Under the pieces are notes generated by a model. It made no database searches. It was not told where the DNA came from and saw nothing but the letters and a program-made list of their open reading frames with translations. From positions 1-58,619 of IMG/VR virus record IMGVR_UViG_3300010370_006650: DNA of 58,619 bases. One strand, given 5' to 3'. Shown here one piece after another: positions 1 through 7,700 of the stretch (the stretch's first letter is position 1; every line of letters begins with the position of its first letter). Both the position numbers and the translations under genes were made by a program. The DNA is from a virus. Lineage: Duplodnaviria > Caudoviricetes.

Positions 1-1434
1 AACTCCAAGTTCTACTGGGGTACACAGTTCGAGCACATCGAAGTCATTACGAAGCCAAATGCAAGCAACCTAAAGAACAAGTCGATCGAAGCATACGCCA
101 AGTACTTCCCAGACTTCTCTACGACGGTCAAGCCAGTCATTGTTGGCGACAACACCGGCGCAGAGGACACGGCAGCTAACGGCATCATCGACGCAGATAG
201 ATTCTGCAATAACTTGTTCAGCCTTGAACACATTCAAGTCGTTACTGGTTCGACCGGTAAGGCTGATGTCCGCGAATGGGATGAAGCAGTTTACGTCAGA
301 AATGGCGTCATCGCAGCAAGCGACGCTAACAAGACTCGCGCATTCGGTACGACTGACTTGGTAGAAACTACGAACAGACAATTCGCCAAATTTACCTTGT
401 TTATGCAAGGCGGATTCAATGGCGTCAACATCTTCGATCGTGACGAGTTCAATCTAACCAACAACGCAGTGTCTTCCGACATGGTCTTTGGCAATGGTCG
501 CCTTCTCAACGATGGACCAAACGTCAAGGCTTATACGAAGGCCGTCGACATCATGAAGAACACGACCAACGTCGACATTCAGTTGTTGGCGATCCCTGGT
601 CTACGTCATCCAATCGTAACTGATTACGCGACGGTGGCGACAGAAGAAAGATTCGACGCGCTTTACATCATGGACGTCGAGCAATACAACGAGGACGGCA
701 CGGACGCAGAGAACGAAATTCGTCTTGATTCTCAAATCACTTCGGTTTCTAACACGATCCAAAGCTTCCGCGACAGAGCGATCGATTCGTCCTTCGCCGC
801 AGCGTACTTCCCAGACGTCAACTACGCTGCGCCAGACAATAGCAACGTGTTTGTACCACCATCTGTTCTTGTCCTCGGTGCAATGGCTCTCAACGACGCA
901 GTAGGCCATCCATGGTTTGCACCAGCGGGCTTCACACGCGGTGCTCTTCCAACGGCTGCGCTCGAAGCGAGAGTCAAGCTCAAGGACGAGGATCTCGATG
1001 CTCTCTACAACGAGCGTATCAATCCACTCATCGCCTTCGTCGGCGCACCAAAGAGCGGTACCAACCCAGCATCTGGCCTCGTCATCTGGGGACAAAAGAC
1101 ATTACAAATCGCAGCTTCATCGCTCGACCGTGTCAACGTCCGCCGTCTCCTCATCGAGATTCGTCGTCAGGTTCGCGAGATTGCAAACACGGTTCTCTTC
1201 GAGCAAAATCGCGAAGCAACCCTCGCGGCTTTCTCGGCGGCAGTCACACCAAGACTCCAGAGAATCCAGGCCCTCGCTGGTCTCGAGAGATTCCGCGTCA
1301 TCATCGATTCTTCGACGACGACACAAACGGACATCGAGAACAACACGGTCCGTGGCAAGATCTTCGTACAACCAACCAAGTCGATCGAGTTCGTCTCCCT
1401 CGACTTCGTCGTGGCAAACAACGTCAATCAGTGA
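1..1434 (+). CDS. Contractile tail sheath protein, C-terminal part (frame is open from base 1, start lies upstream of the window)
   Basis: Sheath C-terminal motifs PWFAPAGFTRG, LYNERINP, VIWGQKTLQ, LDRVNVRRLLI, IFVQPTKSIEFVSLDF; no stop in frame 1 from base 1. Confidence 0.95.
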   Translation, partial: NSKFYWGTQFEHIEVITKPNASNLKNKSIEAYAKYFPDFSTTVKPVIVGDNTGAEDTAANGIIDADRFCNNLFSLEHIQVVTGSTGKADVREWDEAVYVRNGVIAASDANKTRAFGTTDLVETTNRQFAKFTLFMQGGFNGVNIFDRDEFNLTNNAVSSDMVFGNGRLLNDGPNVKAYTKAVDIMKNTTNVDIQLLAIPGLRHPIVTDYATVATEERFDALYIMDVEQYNEDGTDAENEIRLDSQITSVSNTIQSFRDRAIDSSFAAAYFPDVNYAAPDNSNVFVPPSVLVLGAMALNDAVGHPWFAPAGFTRGALPTAALEARVKLKDEDLDALYNERINPLIAFVGAPKSGTNPASGLVIWGQKTLQIAASSLDRVNVRRLLIEIRRQVREIANTVLFEQNREATLAAFSAAVTPRLQRIQALAGLERFRVIIDSSTTTQTDIENNTVRGKIFVQPTKSIEFVSLDFVVANNVNQ

Positions 1435-1463
1435 CGCATATTAATCGAGGATTAATCTAATAT

Positions 1464-1532
1464 GGACAACAGCGGTGCAATTAAAAAGAGCGCAATAAAG
1501 TACGTAAGAGCGCCGCTGTTGTCCTTTCTTTT
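1464..1532 (+). terminator. Long inverted repeat plus U-tract between sheath and tube genes
   Basis: GGACAACAGCGGTGC (1464-1478) pairs with GCGCCGCTGTTGTCC (1510-1524, one G-U), followed by TTTCTTTT. Confidence 0.55.
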
Positions 1533-1626
1533 CGGATGGAAGACATCATTCGAAGGTTGATTAAAAGTTTAGTTTGAATTTCGCAAAGAAACATATATTT
1601 AGAAAAGGTGACAGGAGAATAAAACC

Positions 1627-2118
1627 ATGGCCGCAGAGACATTAGACGTTACATCGATGATTCCAAACAAGTTCGAGCCAAAGCGCAAGAATCGCTGGAT
1701 TCTCATGATTGAAGGTATCGACGCATACATCATCAAGACGACTGCAAGACCAACAATCACGACGGAAGAAGTTGAAGTTCCATTCATCAACTCCCGTCGT
1801 TATCTTGCAGGAAAAACATCGTTCGGTACAATCGGCGTTACTCTCCACGATCCAATCGCTCCATCCGGCGCTCAACAGGTCATGGAATGGGTCCGTACTC
1901 ACTTCGAATCCGTTTCTGGTCGCGCTGGTTACGCCGACTTCTACAAGCGCGACATCCAACTCAAGATGCTCGATCCAGTCGGTACAGTCGTCGAGCTCTG
2001 GGACATCAAGGGCGCGTTCATCACCGAAGCAAACTTCGGCGAAGTCACCTACGAAGACGGCGGTCCAATGGAAATCTCAATGACACTCCGTTTCGACAAC
2101 TGCGTGCTTCAGTTTTAG
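1627..2118 (+). CDS. Tail tube protein (T4 gp19-like)
   Basis: Follows sheath; 163 aa; FEPKRKNRW, YKRDIQLKMLDPVGTVVELWDIKGAF, ISMTLRFD pattern; AGGAG RBS. Confidence 0.9.
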   Translation: MAAETLDVTSMIPNKFEPKRKNRWILMIEGIDAYIIKTTARPTITTEEVEVPFINSRRYLAGKTSFGTIGVTLHDPIAPSGAQQVMEWVRTHFESVSGRAGYADFYKRDIQLKMLDPVGTVVELWDIKGAFITEANFGEVTYEDGGPMEISMTLRFDNCVLQF

Positions 2119-2150
2119 AAAAAGTCTTTTACCGAATCGTAAAGTTAAGT

Positions 2151-2187
2151 ATAATTACCTCTGTGGCTTTTTGCTACGGAGGTTTTT
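2151..2187 (+). promoter_or_regulatory. Putative late promoter (ATAATTA) followed by a hairpin that sequesters the endonuclease RBS and may double as terminator
   Basis: ACCTCTGTGGC-TTTTT-GCTACGGAGGT stem (2157-2183) contains GGAGG, followed by TTTT and ATG 2188. Confidence 0.65.
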
Positions 2188-3096
2188 ATGTTTAAGTGCC
2201 CCAAATGCGATTTTCAAATCGAGAATATTAATTCTCTAAGGATTCACGCTTCAAAGAAACATGATCTTTCAAGCGAAGATTTATACATCCAAGTCGTTTT
2301 AAACGGAGATAAGCCAGTTTGCGAGTGTGGTTGTGGTTCCGAGACGAAGTTTAATGGATTAGTGAATGGATATTCCAAGTTTGTGTGGGGCCATGCTTCA
2401 AGAGTAAACAATAATTGGGGGCATAACAAAGAAGCTTTTGAAAAAAGCATTACAACTAGAAGAAAAATGTGGGAAAACGGAGAAATTCAAGGATGGTGTA
2501 AGGGTTTAACAAAAGACGACCCACGAATAGCTGCGATCGTTGAAAAAATGAATACCCATGAAAGATCAGAAAAAATATCTAAATCTTTAACGGGAAAATC
2601 AAAATCAGAATCTCATAAACAAAAAATCTCGGAGCATATGAAATCTTATTGGAGCGAAGAAACCAATAGAGAACGACAAAGCTTAGAACAAGCCGAGAGG
2701 GTCAAAAATGGATTGTTGACAAAATGTACTCGTATTCATGGTTATTTCGATAATCACAAAAAGTCGTCTCAACCGAATCTTTATTACAGGTCACTATTTG
2801 AATTAAATGCCATACTTCACTTAGAATCAAGCGAAGATGTTATTTCATATACATTTGAACCTTACAACATTGAATATTTTTTCGACGGAAAAACTAGACA
2901 TTATATCGTTGATTGCTTGATAGAATATGAAGATGGAACAAAGTCTATCGTGGAATTTAAACCAAGCTGCCACGTCGTCCACGAAAAGAATATCGCAAAA
3001 TTTCGATCAGCCGAAAAATTTGCAAATGAAAATGGATTTAGATTTGAAGTGTGGACAGAGAAGTCACATGGCTTTTTATCGAGAAAAAGTCGTTAA
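2188..3096 (+). CDS. Free-standing homing endonuclease-like protein: C2H2 finger, CECGCG motif, NUMOD3-like segment, TnsA-like PD-(D/E)XK nuclease
   Basis: CPKC..H..H; LTGKSKSESHKQKISE; YRSLFEL..EPYNIEY..YIVD..VEFKP; AT-rich relative to flanks. Confidence 0.75.
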   Translation: MFKCPKCDFQIENINSLRIHASKKHDLSSEDLYIQVVLNGDKPVCECGCGSETKFNGLVNGYSKFVWGHASRVNNNWGHNKEAFEKSITTRRKMWENGEIQGWCKGLTKDDPRIAAIVEKMNTHERSEKISKSLTGKSKSESHKQKISEHMKSYWSEETNRERQSLEQAERVKNGLLTKCTRIHGYFDNHKKSSQPNLYYRSLFELNAILHLESSEDVISYTFEPYNIEYFFDGKTRHYIVDCLIEYEDGTKSIVEFKPSCHVVHEKNIAKFRSAEKFANENGFRFEVWTEKSHGFLSRKSR

Positions 3097-3283
3097 TTGC
3101 AGAGTGGGTAACCAACTACCATATTGAGAAGAATATTTCTGGGGGTGGTCCTGTGCGTATTGTGCCATGATGCAGAGCATTCTATGCATTAGTTGTTGTT
3201 TTGGGGCGTGTCACTGTTTACGTTTATAAAACTAGTGTTTATTATTTGATTGACTTTCTTTATATCGATAGAAGGAAAAACAA

Positions 3284-4165
3284 ATGAGCACAGAGAATCG
3301 TGAACAACGTAACGCAATTTTTGGTCCAGGGCAATCATTACCTACTGGTATAGATCCACGTATGCCGACACAATCAGCGGCTGAAAAGGTAAAGGCTGAG
3401 TTCGGCCTGGACATTCCGCTTGAGACAGTACCTCTACCATCGTCGGGTAAAGTGTATTCTCAAGAATCGACGTTGTATGGTGCGGAGACTGTCGACATTA
3501 GACCTATGACCGCGAGAGAAGAAGACATTCTTACTTCTCGTGCTTTGATCAAGAAGGGCACTGTCATTACAGAGCTAATCAAGTCTTGCTTGGTTGATCG
3601 TTCGATTAATCCATCGGACTTGTTAGGTGGCGATAGAAACGCGCTGATGGTTGCCATTAGAATTACAGGTTACGGTCCACAATATCCTGCTGAGATCGAG
3701 TGTCAAGAGTGTGGAACAAAGGCGAATCACGAGTTCGATCTTGCTCAATTGCCAGTTCGTAGGCTCGAAATAGACCCAGTCGTACCAGGAACGAATCTTT
3801 TTCAGTTCGTTTTGCCGCGTAGTAAGAAGACGGTTAAGTTCCGTTTCTTGACAGGTCGTGACGAAGAAGAGATCATGACTACTAGCGAGAAGCAAAAGAA
3901 GTTAGGCTTGTCGACTGAATCTAACGTGACGACGAATTTGATGTATGCTATTTCTTCGATCGACGGAATCGAAGATAGAGGTAAGATTGCAAGCTTCGTG
4001 AAGATGATGCCTGCGATGGATTCGTTAGCACTCCGTAATTACATTAAGGATAACGAGCCAGGCGTCGTTATGAAGCAAGAAACTTCTTGCCCGTCTTGTG
4101 GACATTCAGAGGAGGTAGCGATGCCGCTCGGTGTCAACTTTCTTTGGCCTCAGGCCGGAAGATAG
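3284..4165 (+). CDS. Baseplate hub / tail assembly chaperone (T4 gp26-like)
   Basis: VPLPSSGKVY, IRPMTAREEDIL, two CxxC pairs (CQEC, CPSC), C-terminal NFLWP; located between tube and tape measure. Confidence 0.75.
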   Translation: MSTENREQRNAIFGPGQSLPTGIDPRMPTQSAAEKVKAEFGLDIPLETVPLPSSGKVYSQESTLYGAETVDIRPMTAREEDILTSRALIKKGTVITELIKSCLVDRSINPSDLLGGDRNALMVAIRITGYGPQYPAEIECQECGTKANHEFDLAQLPVRRLEIDPVVPGTNLFQFVLPRSKKTVKFRFLTGRDEEEIMTTSEKQKKLGLSTESNVTTNLMYAISSIDGIEDRGKIASFVKMMPAMDSLALRNYIKDNEPGVVMKQETSCPSCGHSEEVAMPLGVNFLWPQAGR

Positions 4166-4412
4166 AGAACTTCTGATATTGGAACCCGCCTTTAATCTGA
4201 TGTATTATGGCGGGTTCCTTTGGAAGGAAGTCTATAATCTTCCTGTTTCGTATAAACGTTGGTTTATAGAAAGAATCAACAAAGAGCTTAAACAGACTAA
4301 CGAGTCTGGAAATACGCAGTCTCGAGCGTTACATCAAAATTCGCCCGACGTCCGAGCTTTGCAAGGTCACTCCCGCGAACAAACGCCTAGTCGCTTAAGG
4401 CGCTTCACATAA
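4131..4412 (+). CDS. Tail/baseplate assembly chaperone second segment (T4 gp51-like), possibly expressed by +1 frameshift from the upstream gene
   Basis: FNLMYYGGFLWKEVYNLPVSYKRWFIERI motif; overlaps upstream ORF by 35 nt; poorly spaced GTG start. Confidence 0.65.
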   Translation: MSTFFGLRPEDRELLILEPAFNLMYYGGFLWKEVYNLPVSYKRWFIERINKELKQTNESGNTQSRALHQNSPDVRALQGHSREQTPSRLRRFT

Positions 4413-4470
4413 GGAGGTATTATTTTTTTTATCGTATTATTTAATAGGGTACGTAACAATAGGGGCTATT

Positions 4471-4755
4471 GTGGAAAACAAAGAATCTCTCAACGAATTG
4501 CGCGTTAATCTATTAGGGAAAGTTTTTTTTGCTACGCTCGGCGCTTGGTTGGTCGGTCGTTTTGTCAACACTAAGTTAAGGGGTTCTCGAGACGAGATCG
4601 AGGCGGTGGGCAACGCGCTAGCTGCTTCGAAACGTTTTCAAGACGAATTAAATCGCCCAGGCGCCACCGTCGATTCGGTCGTACAAAAGCTCGGCATTAA
4701 ACACATGTCAGCTTCGGAGTTCGAACGCGTATTAGGCGTTCCATGGCCCCTTTGA
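4471..4755 (+). CDS. Hypothetical protein in tail module
   Basis: 94-aa ORF with GGGG RBS filling the gap before the tape measure. Confidence 0.7.
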   Translation: MENKESLNELRVNLLGKVFFATLGAWLVGRFVNTKLRGSRDEIEAVGNALAASKRFQDELNRPGATVDSVVQKLGIKHMSASEFERVLGVPWPL

Positions 4756-4777
4756 TGATTCGTTAGTGGAGAATTAA

Positions 4778-7700
4778 ATGGCGACAGGAGGAAAAGGCGG
4801 AGGTTCCGGACCAAGTAAAGACGATCTATCCATCGTTTCGCAGATGGCTGCGATGATGGTGCAGATGTCAGTTTCTAGCAAACGAATAGCCGACGACTTT
4901 GAAAACCAAGCTAGAGCATCTGCAAAGATGGTCGAAAATATGCAAAGCGTTGGAGGCGGTGAAATAGTCAACCAACTCATGCAGGTCAACGCTACTTTAA
5001 AAGAAGTCGTTGCAGCATTAGCGAATCTAAATGAAACTTCTACAGCAACTTTTGCCGCTCTTTCCCAAGGCGCTTTGAACGCCGCTAATTCGACGCAGGT
5101 TCTTACAAATGCTGCTAAAGCTGCCGGCGACGCGGCAGAAAAGGAAACTACGTCGCTCGAAGACTTAGTTACTGAATTGAAAAAAACAGGAAAGAACGCA
5201 TTGACTGGCCGCGAAAAAATGCAGGCTTTCGGTAATTATTTGAAAAAAGAATTTCCTGTTGCAGCCGGTGCCGCGCTCGGAGCTCTAAGCGGTCTTAAAC
5301 AAGGATTTAGAAATATATTCTCGCTAGCAAAAGGAATAGTAGGTTTCGGTTTTACTGTTGGTAAAGCTTTATTTGGAATTGCTAAATCGATAATATCGAT
5401 ACCATTCAAATTAATGTCTAAGCTGACAGACATGGCCTCGAGTGGTGGCGGCGGAGTAAGCGAATATGCTCAAGCTATAAACAACTTAAGAAAAGAGTTC
5501 GGAGCCCTAAATGGACCCGTAACTAGCGCCATTCAATCAACTGCTGCTTCGATGAAGGGATTCAGCGTGCAAGGCTTGAGCGCGAATCAAGTATTTGGTA
5601 ACGTTGCTGAAAGAATGGAGCAACTAATTAAGCTGTTCGTCGCGGGCGGACCAGCGTTACAAAGATTTAGCGATGAATTTAAGAATAACGGCGGCGCTAT
5701 ACTTGGATTCCAAAAGGGTTTAGGCGTTTCCGACGAACAGATGGGAGCTTTGGCGAACAGAGCTATTAGTTCGGGTACTACTGTGACCTCGCAACTCCTG
5801 AATATGACGAAGCAAGCTACTCACCTAGGTAAAGAATTTGGAGTAGACTTCAAGATTATTTCCAAAGGCATGGCGAAGGCGGTTGCTGACGTAAAGAACT
5901 TCGGAAGTATGTCGCAGAAGCAAATCGGTGCAGCAGTGACGTATTTCGCAAAGCTCGGAGTTGAAGTAGACAAGGTGACGGGCGTCATGGACGCCTTCAA
6001 CACCTTCGACGAAGCCGCTGACAAAGTTTCGACCCTAAACCAAGTGTTCGGTACGAATATCGATGCGATGAAGATACTGGACGCCGAAAATCCAGCCGAA
6101 AGAATATCTCTTTTGCAAAAAGAATTTGCGAAGGCAGGCGTAGCTGGAGAAAAGTTAACTAGAGCTCAGCGACAGATTATTGCTTCTAACATCGGGGTCG
6201 AAGAGTCTGCAATTCAAGCAGCTTTCTCCAGCAAAAACCAGGGAGTTTCTTTAGAAAAAATAACGAAAGAAAGCGAGAAAGCCGAAAAGAAAACGATGAC
6301 TCAAACCGAGGCGATGAGTAAACTCGCCGACGCGATGGATCGAGTTCTTAAGTCAGGCGACACGGGCAGTGGCGGTTTCTTCGACAAGTTCTTAAAGGGA
6401 TTTAGCGATGGCATTACCTCGACAAAAGAATTTAGAGAAATAATGCGAAACATAAGCAAGGCGATGGTAGTCGTGTATATGGAAGGTCGTCGCTTAGGTA
6501 AGGCATTCGTAGAGTATTTTCCAGGTATAAAAGAATTTTTGGGTGGATTAGCCGAAATATTTCAACCACAAAAGTTTCGTATGCTAGCAGGTGGTGTTGT
6601 CGATATATTCACACAATTTTTTAAGGATCTAGGTCAACCAGGCGGCAAGGCATCATTCCCTGACCTGATGCAAAAATTAAAAGATCATTTCTTTAACTTC
6701 TTTAATTCGGAAGAAGGTGCCGGCCAAAAGGTGATGGGCGGATTCAAAAAGATAATGGCGGCAATTCAGGTCATCTTAGCGGGCGGCGTACAATGGATAA
6801 TGGAGAGTGTTGGTAGATTCATACAAGACATCGTTAATTTTATAAGAAATCCGCAAGACGTTCCAGGAGTAGAAAACGCAAAAAACGCAGCTGAAAACTA
6901 CGTTAGCCCTATCGCCATGGCCTTTAGAGAAGGCTGGAAGATTTTGGGTCCTGCTTTAAAGGATTTGACGAAATTAGTTTTTGAAAAATTGATTGAATTG
7001 GCAAAAGAAGGTTTAGAAGAACACAAAGGTAAAATTGCGTTAGCATTTTTTGGGCCGGTTATTTTAAGATCTTTAGTTGGCGCAGGATCAGCCATGCTGG
7101 CAAAAGGCATCGGACAAATGATTACTAACGCTATTGCTGGTCCCGCGGTTACAGGAGCTGCTCAGGCAGCCGGTACGACTGTAACGAGAACGCTGATAAG
7201 CGCTGTGGGACCTGGCGTTACTCAGGTTGTATCCGTCGCAGAAACGACAGCAGCCCCCGCCGCTGCCGGGCTTTTTACTCGATTGGGAAGTAAGTTTAGC
7301 TCTCTCGCAGCCGGGTTTTCGAAAGCTGTGGGTCCTAATGTCTTGAAGGCTTTCAAGTTCGCAGGTATTGCCGCCGTGATCGCGGATGCTGCTGTCAATA
7401 TTTCAGAAGCGATGAATAACTTCGAAGATAAGTTACAAAAAGAAGGGTTCGATCCAGCAACGGCAAAAATAGCAGCAGGTACTACGGGATTAATTAACAC
7501 GCTAACGTTCGGATTACTTCCTAAAGATTTGCAAGCTACGATAGCCTCAGGCGTCGCGTCGATGTCCAACTTCCTAGAATCGAGTCTGGATAAGATGTTC
7601 GGTCCTAGCTTAGCCGAAAACATGAAAGAGCGTTTAGCAGCGCAATTTCAAATCTTCGGTGGATTAGGAGACTTGATCATGGGGCTCTGGAACGGAGATA

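Noticed and set aside
3097-3283. Possible ncRNA or small minus-strand ORF in the gap after the endonuclease
   Set aside because: Only a weak hairpin and short ORFs without RBS; nothing supportable
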